NCBI GenBank assembly: GCA_052326585.1
Contig: JBKQLU010000048.1
Coordinates: 6,590-70,589, forward strand
Source of the DNA: Desulfobaccales bacterium
GTDB lineage: Bacteria > Desulfobacterota > Desulfobaccia > Desulfobaccales > 0-14-0-80-60-11
DNA length: 64,000 nt
Direction: 5' to 3'
Shown here: positions 46,433 to 55,415 of the stretch, piece by piece
How the letters are laid out: each line of letters opens with the position of its first letter
How positions within the stretch are numbered: the first letter of the stretch is position 1
Notes under the pieces: model-generated
Told to the model about the DNA's origin: nothing
The model's input: the letters and a program-made list of their open reading frames with translations, nothing else
Database searches by the model: none
Made by a program: the position numbers and the translations under genes

Positions 46433-47041
46433 TTATTTACTCTGTACAGAGAAAACCAGGACCGCGGCTGCCCCTTCCGTTTCATTAACCAAGTGCAACA
46501 GATAATCTGGGGGCAGCCGGTGTTCGTAGCTGGTTTGTTTCCCCAGGTAAGTCAGGTATCCCGGGGTCGGCTTTTCAGGTAGCTTGGGTATCTCCGCCCG
46601 CCGTTGAATTATGGTCATGGTGGAGGTGCCTTGGAACTGGATTTCATTGATAAGGTCGGTGGTTTCCCCGTCCCTGGGGGCAGGGAGTCCGGCCAGGAGG
46701 AAGCTCTTGGCAATGTCCCGGGCGAAGACTCCTTCCCGGGGGTCATCAATGAAGGACCGGGCCAAAGCCATCTCCAGGGCCAGGATGCAGCCGGCAGCGT
46801 CAGTGGTGACCTTAACCGTCACCAGGGGGCGGAACTTTTCGCCGCTGGGCTTGAAGGCAGTCACGGTGCTGCCATCGCTTTTGCTCACCTGGCTCTGCTC
46901 CAAGTGAAAAAAATGGAAAAAATCTGTTTGTTTGGCCTGCTCCAGGGTCTCCCCCAGGTTTCCGAAGGATGCCGCGATCAGGGGCGCGGCGAGACCCAGG
47001 GGAACGAGCACCTTCGATAGAATGCCGCGAAGTTTGCCCAT
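46433..47041 (-). CDS. exported hypothetical protein
   Basis: 'MGKLRGILSKVLVPLGLAAPLIAASFG' is a signal-like N-terminus. I recognised no family motif. Confidence 0.5.
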   Translation of the reverse strand: MGKLRGILSKVLVPLGLAAPLIAASFGNLGETLEQAKQTDFFHFFHLEQSQVSKSDGSTVTAFKPSGEKFRPLVTVKVTTDAAGCILALEMALARSFIDDPREGVFARDIAKSFLLAGLPAPRDGETTDLINEIQFQGTSTMTIIQRRAEIPKLPEKPTPGYLTYLGKQTSYEHRLPPDYLLHLVNETEGAAAVLVFSVQSK

Positions 47042-47137
47042 TAAAAAAATGCCTCCAAAAAACAAGACCCCCGGCGCGGCTCCGCAGGCCAGCGCCGAAA
47101 CCATGGAGGGGATTAAACTACCAATGAACCCCAGCCC

Positions 47138-47632
47138 TCATAAATCGAGGCGGTAGGCCAGGGGTCCAGGCTCCCGGGGCTCGAAGTCCGGGGCTCGTTT
47201 AAAGCCCAGGTTCTCGTAGATATGCTGGGCCGCCAGCATGAAGCGGCCGGTGTATAAAAAGATGGTGGGGAGCTTCAGCTCCCGGGCCCGGCGCAGGCAC
47301 TCCCGGGTCAGCCTGGTGCCCAGGCCTTGGCCCCGGGCCTGGGCACGCACTGCCAGCAGGCGGATGGTGCCGGACCCCGCCGGCCAGTGGCCCTGGCTGG
47401 AGCGGCTGGCGTCAGGGTAGAACTGCACCACCCCCTGGATGGCCCCTGCCACTTCAGCCACCAGCAGCAGCCCGGCTCCGGTGTGAATAGCCTGGCTGAC
47501 GCTCTCCATCCACTTCTCCCAGCCCTCTGGGGGGACCAGTTCCCGATATTCCAGGTAGGCGCCCTTCACCAGGGACTCCACGGCCTCCAAGTCTCCGGCC
47601 CCGGCCTCCCGGATCACTAGGTTAACGCTCAA
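47138..47632 (-). CDS. GNAT family N-acetyltransferase
   Basis: The acetyl-CoA-binding motif 'RAQARGQGLGTRLTRECLRRA' (R/QxxGxG/A) sits in a protein of about 160 aa. Confidence 0.8.
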   Translation of the reverse strand: MSVNLVIREAGAGDLEAVESLVKGAYLEYRELVPPEGWEKWMESVSQAIHTGAGLLLVAEVAGAIQGVVQFYPDASRSSQGHWPAGSGTIRLLAVRAQARGQGLGTRLTRECLRRARELKLPTIFLYTGRFMLAAQHIYENLGFKRAPDFEPREPGPLAYRLDL

Positions 47633-47649
47633 GGTCTCTCTATTCCCGT

Positions 47650-48252
47650 TTAGGGTTTTTCCACTACCGTGGCCTTGACGATGACCACCGGGGTCAGCGG
47701 CACGTCCTGGTAGCCGTCCCGAGTTCCGGTGGGTACGGCCTTGATCTGGTCCACCACCTCGCGGCCCTGGACTACCTTGCCAAAGACCGCGTAGCCCCAG
47801 CCCTGGGGAGTCTTGGCAGTATGATTAAGGGATTTGTTGTCCGCCACATTGATGAAGAACTGGGAGGTGGCGGAATTGGGGTCGGAGGTCCGGGCCATGG
47901 CAACTGTGTAAGGCTGGTTGGTCAGGCCGTTGTCAGCCTCATTCTGAATGGGCGCCCGGTTGGGCTTCGGGTTCAGGTTGGCATCGAGGCCGCCGCCCTG
48001 GATCATAAAACCGTTGATGACCCGGTGAAAGACGGTCCCGTCATAAAAACCTTCCCGGACGTATTGCAGAAAATTGGCCACTGTGGCCGGGGCCTTATCC
48101 GGATACAACTCCAAGGTGATCTCTCCCAAGCTCGTTTCCAGTCTTACCAAGGGATTCCTCCTTTCCGCCCTGGCCGAGGTCCCGATAAGCGTGATCAGGG
48201 CCAGCATCATTAAGCACGCCAGCGCCAGCTGGCCATAAATTTTGGTTGGCAT
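47650..48252 (-). CDS. ppiA: periplasmic cyclophilin-type peptidyl-prolyl cis-trans isomerase
   Basis: Signal peptide. 'KAPATVANFLQYVREGFYDGTVFHRVINGFMIQGGG', 'SATSQFFIN' and 'GYAVFGKVV'. Confidence 0.9.
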   Translation of the reverse strand: MPTKIYGQLALACLMMLALITLIGTSARAERRNPLVRLETSLGEITLELYPDKAPATVANFLQYVREGFYDGTVFHRVINGFMIQGGGLDANLNPKPNRAPIQNEADNGLTNQPYTVAMARTSDPNSATSQFFINVADNKSLNHTAKTPQGWGYAVFGKVVQGREVVDQIKAVPTGTRDGYQDVPLTPVVIVKATVVEKP

Positions 48253-48460
48253 AATCATCCCCTCTAATAGCCTTATTCCGGCAGGATCTCCAGATACCGC
48301 GATTCGGCCCAGTGTAACAAATCGGTGGTCCCAGAGCAAATCCAGGATGCATAGATCTTCAGGAGGCTAAAAATCCGGGGGGGGGTATTGGGTTCAGGAG
48401 GACTGGCGGGCGAGGTTTGCCATCTGCGGTGATCTTAGGGCGATAATGTCCACCTCTACT

Positions 48461-48871
48461 TCATTCAGCCGCCCTGGTTTTCACTCGCCGGGATTGCTGC
48501 GGGTAATGCCTGTCCAGAACTTCGGCCACCACCGCCTTCAGATGATCCGTATCTCCTTGCTTTTCCAGAAAGGCGGCAGCCTGGGGAACCGTCAGGCGGG
48601 TCGGATATTCCGGCAAAAAGGTGTGGATCACCACCGGCAGCGGCGGCTGGCGGTCCTGGAGCCGGGCCCAGATTTCCAGCTCTTCCAGGTAGGGGATCTC
48701 CAGGTCCAGGATCAAGAGGTGCAGCGGTTCGCCGCTGCTCAATAGAGTCAGGAGCTCCCGGCCATCCCCGGCCACCACCACTTGATAACCCTCAGCCCCT
48801 AACTCCCGGCGCAGAAATTCCCGGACGTGCCGGTTGCGATCCGCAATCAAGATTTTGCAAGGCTCGGCCAC
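48461..48871 (-). CDS. single-domain response regulator (receiver only)
   Basis: 'KILIADRNRHVREFLRRELGAEGYQVVVAGDG...LLILDLEIP'. I place the start at the GTG at 48871 (SD GAGGGAAG) because a near-consensus sigma-54 promoter lies inside the longer track ORF. Confidence 0.7.
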   Translation of the reverse strand: MAEPCKILIADRNRHVREFLRRELGAEGYQVVVAGDGRELLTLLSSGEPLHLLILDLEIPYLEELEIWARLQDRQPPLPVVIHTFLPEYPTRLTVPQAAAFLEKQGDTDHLKAVVAEVLDRHYPQQSRRVKTRAAE

Positions 48872-48899
48872 CGCAGGATCTTCCCTCGGAACATAAATC

Positions 48900-48915
48900 A
48901 GCAACGGGCGTGCCA
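48900..48915 (-). promoter_or_regulatory. sigma-54 promoter TGGCAC-GCCCG-TTGCT
   Basis: The minus strand reads 'TGGCACGCCCGTTGCT', a full match to TGGCAC-N5-TTGCW, about 30 nt upstream of the GTG at 48871. Confidence 0.6.
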
Positions 48916-49017
48916 AACCCCGGGCTGAGGTGGCCTGATGCAACTAATTTATAATATTCTCTTTTTTCCGGAAGCACGCCCTACCCTCCCCCTTCCTGCC
49001 AGCGCGGTGACTGTCGC

Positions 49018-49044
49018 TATTTTTTACAGTTTGTAAAAGAAGGC
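49018..49044 (-). promoter_or_regulatory. putative enhancer (UAS) site A: GCCTTCTTTTACA-AAC-TGTAAAAAATA
   Basis: A perfect 6-bp inverted repeat TTTACA/TGTAAA lies about 115 bp upstream of the 48900 promoter. It matches site B at 55022-55050 over most of its length. Confidence 0.4.
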
Positions 49045-49139
49045 GTGGCTACTGGAGAGGGAGAAGACTAAATAACCTCACCTGGTGCGGCCAGTAATCG
49101 TGCAGCCAGGTTAGGGACGACCCTTAAAAAAAACGCCGG

Positions 49140-50579
49140 TTAAGGCCCTTCCATTCTGATGGAGGTCTCGAACTTCAAGCGGTATTTATCGATTTTGGAG
49201 AGCAGGGTGGGCCGGGAAATGCCCAGGAGCCGCGCAGCCCGGCTGCGGTTGCCGCCGGTGAGGTCCAGGGCCTCCGTGATGAGCAGCCGGGCGCAGCGGT
49301 CCATGACGGTATCGAACAGGTCTTTGCCGTCCCCTGACACCAGGGAGCGCCGCAACCATTGGCGGATGACCTCATCGGCCCCCTGGTCCCCCTCCACCCC
49401 CCTGGCCGGGCCTTCAAGGCCCATGGCCCGGGTGAGGTCCTCCGGGTGGATGGGATAGCCCCGGCTGAAGATCAGGGCCTTCTGCATGGCGTTGGCCAGC
49501 TCGCGGACGTTGCCGGGCCACGGGTAATTATGGAGCATGGCCTTGGCCGGCGCGTCCATGCCGGGATTGTCCAGTCCCATCTCCTTGGCGAACCGGGCCA
49601 GGAAATATTCCGCCAGCAGGGCCAGGTCTTCGGGGCGCTCCTTTAAGGGTGGCAGCCAGATAGTCACCACCTTGAGGCGGTAATAGAGGTCTTCCCGGAA
49701 CTTGCCGACGGCCAGGGCGGCCTCCAGGTCCCGGTTGGTGGCCGCAATGATGCGCACGTCCACCGGGATAGGGTCCCGGCCGCCCAGGCGTTCGATGCTC
49801 TTCTCCTGCAACAGTCTCAGTATCTTGGCCTGGATGCTGAAGGGCATATCGCCGATTTCGTCCAGAAAGACGGTGCCACCGTGGGCCTGCTCGAACTTGC
49901 CCACCCGGCGATTGACCGCCCCGGTGAAGGCCCCCTTTTCATAGCCGAAGAGTTCGGACTCCAGCAGGGTCTCCGGGATGGCCACGCAATTGATGACCAG
50001 AAAGGGTTTGGCACCTCGCAGGCTGTGCTGATAGGTGGCCCGGGCCACCAGCTCCTTGCCGGTGCCGGATTCCCCCCGGATGAGGACGGTGGCATCGGTG
50101 GGGGCCACCCGGCCAATGGCCTTATAGACCTCCTGCATGGGCTTGCTGCGGCCGATGATGGCCTCCGCGGCCGCGGTGGTCGGCGCCACGTCCAACTCCA
50201 CCCGGGAGCGCATGAAACGCCCGGCCTCCAGGGCCTGGCCGATCAAGGCCAGCATATCCGGAAATTCAGGGGGCTTGAGGACGTATTCAAAGGCCCCCAG
50301 CTTGGTGGCCTCGATGGCCGTCTCGGTCGTGCCATAGGCCGTCATGACGATCACCGGCAGCTTGGGCTCCATCTCATGGATGGCCCGGAAGGCCTCCAGG
50401 CCGTCCATCCCCGGCAGGCGCACGTCCATGATCACCAGGTCGGGGGTTTCGGCCTTGACCAGGGCCAGGGCCGCCTCACCGCTGGAGGCGGTCTTCACGT
50501 GGTAGCCATCCTCGGTCAAGAGCTTTTCAAAGCTTTGCCGCAACTGCGGGTCGTCGTCCACGATTAAGATTTTGCCCAT
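49140..50579 (-). CDS. sigma-54-dependent response regulator (NtrC/AtoC family)
   Basis: REC 'ILIVDDDP...DLVIMDVRLPGMDG'. AAA+ motifs 'GESGTGKE', 'GAFTGA' and 'FLDEIGD'. Fis-type HTH 'AARLLGISRPTLLSKI'. Confidence 0.92.
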   Translation of the reverse strand: MGKILIVDDDPQLRQSFEKLLTEDGYHVKTASSGEAALALVKAETPDLVIMDVRLPGMDGLEAFRAIHEMEPKLPVIVMTAYGTTETAIEATKLGAFEYVLKPPEFPDMLALIGQALEAGRFMRSRVELDVAPTTAAAEAIIGRSKPMQEVYKAIGRVAPTDATVLIRGESGTGKELVARATYQHSLRGAKPFLVINCVAIPETLLESELFGYEKGAFTGAVNRRVGKFEQAHGGTVFLDEIGDMPFSIQAKILRLLQEKSIERLGGRDPIPVDVRIIAATNRDLEAALAVGKFREDLYYRLKVVTIWLPPLKERPEDLALLAEYFLARFAKEMGLDNPGMDAPAKAMLHNYPWPGNVRELANAMQKALIFSRGYPIHPEDLTRAMGLEGPARGVEGDQGADEVIRQWLRRSLVSGDGKDLFDTVMDRCARLLITEALDLTGGNRSRAARLLGISRPTLLSKIDKYRLKFETSIRMEGP

Positions 50580-52048
50580 GCCTGTCCGTCCTTGAGGGGC
50601 AGGGTGATCATGAAGGTTGCCCCCTCCCTGGCCGCGGCGGCCAATTCCAACCTGCCGCCGTGGTCCTCGATGATCCGGGTGGCGATGCTCAAGCCCAGGC
50701 CGGTGCCCTCCTCCTTGGTGCTGAAAAATGGCTGAAAGACCTGGGGCCGGATAGATTCGGCGATGCCCGGGCCGGTGTCACTCACCCCGATGACCACTTC
50801 CTGCTCCGAGGCCGGAGACCGCCGGGCCTCCTCCCGGATGGTGATAACCCCGCCATTCACCATGACTTCGCAGGCGTTGACCAGCAGGTTGGCCAGGACT
50901 TCCTTGAGCTGGTCCGGGTCACCCAGGATTTCCGGCAGTCTTTGGGAACGCAGCAACTTCACCTGCACCCCGTAGGATTCGAGGCGATGGCGCAGCAGTT
51001 GCAAGGCTCCGTCCACCACGTCGGAGGGACTGATGTTTTGCATCTTGAGCTTGGGTGGCCGGGAGAATTCCAGAAAATTCCGGACAATGGCGTCCAGACG
51101 GCGGATCTCTTCGGAGATCACCTCGAAATCATCCCGCTGGGAAGAGGTCATTTTTAGGGAACGCTTCAGGGAAAAGAGGCGCATGTTTACCGAGGTCAAG
51201 GGGTTGCGGATGCTGTGGGCCACCCCGGCGGCCAGTTTTCCCACCAGGGCCCATTTCCCGGTTTGCAGCAGGTGCTCCTGGCTGCGTTCCAGTTCGCTCT
51301 GGGCCTGGTCCACGTTCTCGATGAGGCTGTGCACCCGGCGGCTCAGGGTTTTGACTTCATCCAGACCCGGCTTCTCGCCACCGCCGGGCCCGGTCTCCAG
51401 GGCCAGCCGGCGAATGGGCTCCAAAATCTGCTTGGAGAGAATATAGGCCAGCAAAATTCCCAAGGCCGCCACCCCTGGCAAGACCGCCAGGGCCAAGGCG
51501 TTGATAAACCTGGCCTGGGCCTGGCTCGTAAGGCGCACCCGGGAAATGGCATACTGCTGCATCAGCTTATATCGTTCGCACAGTTGCAAGAGGGCGGCAA
51601 ATTGGCGGCGCAGCTCCCAGTGCAACCTGGCCCCGGCTTCCCGCTGCCCCCGCGCGTACAAGTCGATCACCTGTTGCCGGGATTGGCCATAGGCGCCGTA
51701 GCCGGCATCAATCTGCCGGATAAGCTCCGCCATGGGCTCCGTATCGGCGGATTTTCGGGCCTTTTGCAGCCATTCGACAAAGTCCTGCTGGTGCTGCTCC
51801 ATCTGCTTGAGCCAGTCGGGGTTGCCGTCCAGGAAATGATAGGTGAGGAAACCTCTTTGACTCAACAGAGAGGCGGTCAGCTCCTCCGCCGCCTGAAAGG
51901 AGGCCACGTCCTTGTCGATGAGGGAGGCCAGGAGGGCGTCCATGGCGCGGGTGTGCCAGAGGGTGACCAGGCCGCCCCCCAAGGTGGCGCCCACCAGGGC
52001 AGTCAATAACAAGAAGATGCGGGCCCGCAGGCTGAGCCGTTTCCACAT
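50564..52048 (-). CDS. sensor histidine kinase (TM-HAMP-HisKA-HATPase)
   Basis: H-box 'VAHSIRNPL'. 'LLVNACEV', 'DTGPGI' and 'GTGLGLSIA'. A 16-nt overlap with the downstream regulator. Confidence 0.88.
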   Translation of the reverse strand: MWKRLSLRARIFLLLTALVGATLGGGLVTLWHTRAMDALLASLIDKDVASFQAAEELTASLLSQRGFLTYHFLDGNPDWLKQMEQHQQDFVEWLQKARKSADTEPMAELIRQIDAGYGAYGQSRQQVIDLYARGQREAGARLHWELRRQFAALLQLCERYKLMQQYAISRVRLTSQAQARFINALALAVLPGVAALGILLAYILSKQILEPIRRLALETGPGGGEKPGLDEVKTLSRRVHSLIENVDQAQSELERSQEHLLQTGKWALVGKLAAGVAHSIRNPLTSVNMRLFSLKRSLKMTSSQRDDFEVISEEIRRLDAIVRNFLEFSRPPKLKMQNISPSDVVDGALQLLRHRLESYGVQVKLLRSQRLPEILGDPDQLKEVLANLLVNACEVMVNGGVITIREEARRSPASEQEVVIGVSDTGPGIAESIRPQVFQPFFSTKEEGTGLGLSIATRIIEDHGGRLELAAAAREGATFMITLPLKDGQAWAKS

Positions 52049-52348
52049 AGCTAATAAGTGATGTTACCACAAAAATAAGGGAATCGCCCCGGCCTTATCG
52101 AACTTCCCCGGGGGGTGGTCCCCTAAATTCCAAAGCGGGCGGTGGTTCCAGCCGCAGATTTTATGGTTAGCCCCAGCCGGCGGCCCGAAAGCAAATCCTG
52201 CTGTCCCGGAAAATGACAATCTGGTATATTTCTAGATAGCAGGAAACGTCCCTGGAGGAAGGCGATTACAGGTTGGAGCCGGGTGCAGGGCGGAAGTTCC
52301 CGGCCGCGCCTTGAAAAACTTAAATAATATCTGAGGATATAAACAAAG

Positions 52349-52585
52349 ATGAAATCCTTAACCGACAGCTACCGGGAACAATCCCTGAAGATTCACGGCA
52401 TGGTCTGCGCCAAATGCGGCCGGGAATTCACCCAGAAGAACCGGAATCTCCTGACCGTGCACCACAAGGATGGCAACCACCGGAATAATCCCAGGGATGG
52501 GTCCAATTGGGAGAATCTCTGCATCTACTGCCATGATGACGAGCACAGCCGAAAACTTCTGGCTGACTATCTCAGCGGTAAATGA
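52349..52585 (+). CDS. yajD: YajD-family HNH endonuclease
   Basis: 'CAKCGREF...LTVHHKDGNHRNNPRDGSNWENLCIYCHDDEH' is collinear with E. coli YajD as I remember it. Confidence 0.85.
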   Translation: MKSLTDSYREQSLKIHGMVCAKCGREFTQKNRNLLTVHHKDGNHRNNPRDGSNWENLCIYCHDDEHSRKLLADYLSGK

Positions 52586-52755
52586 CGGCGCTGCCTTTCG
52601 TAAAACTGGGCCTCCGGCCTGGCCGCGGCCCGCGATCTTTTTCCCCGTGCAGCTTCTCTTCCCAGGCCGCCGCGATCTTCAACCGCAAAGGCCAGCCCTG
52701 CCGCCGGGACCGGTCGTGATCCTGGGGTGAAAATCCAAGTCCCGGCAGCTTCAGC

Positions 52756-53151
52756 CTAATGAGAGCCCGGGCCTTCCTGGACCAGCTTTCTGGCATAGGC
52801 CTGGCGCACCTTTTCCAGCAACTCATCCAGGGCTATCGGCTTCATGAGGTAATCGAAGGCCCCCAATTGCATCCCCTGGATCCCCGTCTCCACCGAGGCG
52901 TGGCCGGTGAGCATGATGACTTCCGTCAGGGGCTTCTTCTTTTTGATTTCCCGGAGGGTCTCGATGCCGTCCATGCCCGGCATCTTGACGTCCAGGATGA
53001 TGACGTCCGGCGGGCTGCTGTCCAGGGCTTCCAAGGCCCGATAGCCGCTCTCCACCCCGCTCACGTCGATATCGCGGGCCCGGAGCCTCTTGACTATGGT
53101 CTCCAGAAAATCGGCTTCATCATCTACAATCAAAACCTTGAACTTTTCCAT
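52756..53151 (-). CDS. CheY-like single-domain response regulator
   Basis: 'KVLIVDDEADFL', 'DVIILDVKMPGMDG', 'VIMLTGH' and 'DYLMKP'. Confidence 0.9.
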   Translation of the reverse strand: MEKFKVLIVDDEADFLETIVKRLRARDIDVSGVESGYRALEALDSSPPDVIILDVKMPGMDGIETLREIKKKKPLTEVIMLTGHASVETGIQGMQLGAFDYLMKPIALDELLEKVRQAYARKLVQEGPGSH

Positions 53152-53167
53152 GACGCCCCCTTTCGGC

Positions 53168-54823
53168 TTATCTGACCGGGAAATATATGGTGAAGGTAGT
53201 GCCCTGGCCCTCCTCGCTGGCCACCATTATCCGGCCCCCCAATTTTTCCACGATACTGTAGGAAATGGAAAGGCCCAGGCCGGTGCCCTTGCCCGCCTCC
53301 TTGGTGGTGAAGAAGGGATCGAAGATCTTGTTCAGCATCTCCCTGGGGATGCCGGGGCCGCTATCGCTAATCTCTATGCCGATCTCATTATTTTTGGCCA
53401 GATGCCTGGTCTGGAGATGGACCTCACCATCCTTGCCAATGGCGTCGATGGCGTTATTGAGGATATTGAGAAAGACTTGCTGCATCTGCGCCGAATCGCT
53501 GTTAGTCATGGGAAGATCGGGGGCATAATCGGCCTCGATCTCGATCTTGCGATAGCGGGCCTCATTTTCCAAAAAGGCCGCGCTCTCGGCCAGGACGGTG
53601 TTGATATTGAGGACCTCGGTGACCGGCTCCATTCGCCGGGCAAAGCCCAGGAGACGGTGGGTTATCGTCTTGGCGCGGTTGATATGATACTCAATCTTGT
53701 TCACCGCCGCGTCTATTTCCTGAAAATCCTCGTTCTTGGAGATATCTACCCTAGTTAGCAAGTCTTTAATCCAACCGGCCTTTTCGCCGATGACCGCCAA
53801 AGGATTATTGATTTCGTGGGCAATGCCGGCGGCCATCTTCCCCAACGCCGCCATCTTGCTTTCCTGCAGGGCCATCTCCTCGCTGGCGGCCTTCTTCCGT
53901 GCCATGTCGATCATTTCATTCATCATCGAGCGGGTGGCGAGCACCGCGCCGATGACAATCAACGCCACTCCCCCCAGGGCAATCAAGACCATCAGGGACT
54001 TGGTGCGCAGCAGGGGGGTCAACTGGTCCCCGGGGTCTTCCCGGATTACCAGCGCCCATTTCTTCAGTTTGACGATGCCGGCGGCGAAAAGCCCTTCAGC
54101 GCCATGGACCGTGAGTTCCTCGGCCTGGGGAACGCTGGCCTTGGAGAAATCCGGCCCCGGCGCCGGTTGCAGCACGGCCCCGGCAAACCGGGGCTTGGTT
54201 TGCAAAATATCCTGGTCGTTAATGAGAAAGGCATCCCCCTTTTTGCCGACCCAGGCGGCCCGCACCATGTTCTCAATAGTGTCCGAATCGATGGTGGCCC
54301 GCAGGATCCAGCTCTGGCTCCCTTCCCGCACCAGCACCGCAATGATAAAATGCGGAATCTTGCGAAATCCCAGAAACACGTCGCTCACATAAACGCCGGT
54401 GGACATCACCGCGTGGAACCAGTCCTCGTCCTTATAATTTGCCGATTTCATGAGGGAGTAATACGGCCCCACGTAGGCCAGGTGCCTGCCTTCCTGATCG
54501 ATAATCCCCAGATCCAAATAAGACCTGGAACGGGCCTGGATGATGTTGAACACCTTTTCCAGGTAGGCTTCATCCCGCAGTTTTTCCGGGGGGATGATAT
54601 GAGCCAGACTGGTGAGCTGGGAGATGCGTTCGTCCAAAAAGAGATCGATGGAACTGGAACGGTTTTCCGCCAGGGTCTTCATATCCTCCATGATCTTGGT
54701 GTAGTAGGATTGGCTGAACTGGTAATAGATGAAGGCTCCCAGGATGAGCAGCGGGATTACCGAAAAGGCCAAAATGGTCAGGATAATCTGCCGCCATAAT
54801 TTTTTATAGTATTCCCGCTGCAT
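53168..54823 (-). CDS. sensor histidine kinase with extracytoplasmic Cache-like domain
   Basis: Two TM segments flank a domain of about 250 aa. H-box 'IAHEINNPL'. '[11 protein letters not shown]', 'DSGPGI' and 'GTGLGLSIS'. Confidence 0.88.
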   Translation of the reverse strand: MQREYYKKLWRQIILTILAFSVIPLLILGAFIYYQFSQSYYTKIMEDMKTLAENRSSSIDLFLDERISQLTSLAHIIPPEKLRDEAYLEKVFNIIQARSRSYLDLGIIDQEGRHLAYVGPYYSLMKSANYKDEDWFHAVMSTGVYVSDVFLGFRKIPHFIIAVLVREGSQSWILRATIDSDTIENMVRAAWVGKKGDAFLINDQDILQTKPRFAGAVLQPAPGPDFSKASVPQAEELTVHGAEGLFAAGIVKLKKWALVIREDPGDQLTPLLRTKSLMVLIALGGVALIVIGAVLATRSMMNEMIDMARKKAASEEMALQESKMAALGKMAAGIAHEINNPLAVIGEKAGWIKDLLTRVDISKNEDFQEIDAAVNKIEYHINRAKTITHRLLGFARRMEPVTEVLNINTVLAESAAFLENEARYRKIEIEADYAPDLPMTNSDSAQMQQVFLNILNNAIDAIGKDGEVHLQTRHLAKNNEIGIEISDSGPGIPREMLNKIFDPFFTTKEAGKGTGLGLSISYSIVEKLGGRIMVASEEGQGTTFTIYFPVR

Positions 54824-54913
54824 CCCGATGACCGCCTCTCGAGGGCCGAGATCTTTTCTGAGATAGCCCGATCCGCCGGGTTCCAGAGACCGGGGCTCGT
54901 CGAAACTTAGCCA

Positions 54914-54929
54914 AGCAATAGCCGTTCCA
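54914..54929 (-). promoter_or_regulatory. sigma-54 promoter TGGAAC-GGCTA-TTGCT
   Basis: The minus strand reads 'TGGAACGGCTATTGCT' with canonical GG/GC spacing, about 90 nt upstream of the ATG at 54823. Confidence 0.55.
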
Positions 54930-55021
54930 AGGGAGAGCCGCCTGGTTAACCAAATGTAATCATTTAATTAACTTATCGAAGCCGCCTGGCTTCCGGGAAA
55001 AATACGGGACCTACATGTCAA

Positions 55022-55050
55022 TATTTTTTACAGGGTTGTAAAGGAAGGCC
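55022..55050 (-). promoter_or_regulatory. putative enhancer (UAS) site B: GGCCTTCCTTTACA-ACCC-TGTAAAAAATA
   Basis: It has the same TTTACA/TGTAAA inverted repeat and flanks as site A, and lies about 105 bp upstream of the 54914 promoter. Confidence 0.4.
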
Positions 55051-55128
55051 ACGCCCCGTGCCTTTCTGGTATAATAACAGCTAGCGTGGCCGGAGATGCC
55101 ACCCGATTATGGCCAAGATAGCAGAATT

Positions 55129-55190
55129 GTCATTCTGAGCGAAGCAAATAATCGAATTCTTTTTAACGCCGCCGCGCTCGGTTCAGGATA
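55129..55190. repeat. GTCATTCTGAGCGAAGC...TTCAGGATA inverted-repeat element (copy 2, degenerate right arm)
   Basis: 'gtcattctgagcgaagcaaataatcgaattc ... gcgctcggttcaggata' is related to 8420-8488. Confidence 0.55.
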
Positions 55191-55415
55191 ATCTTGAATC
55201 TCTCCGCCTGATCGGCTAACATTTGAAGATAAGGCAACTTTCCCGGCTGGGCCCCGGCCGGGTGAAACCGGAGACCATGTCCAGAAAGCGCCACCAGGGT
55301 CCGCATTGGACCGAAAGGTCACCGGGGAGATCCGCGCTGGCCCTCACCGGTACTGGAGAGGTGCGTGATTTCCTGTCCTGGGGAGCGCCGGCTCGCCCCA
55401 AGGTTTTCTGAACCT

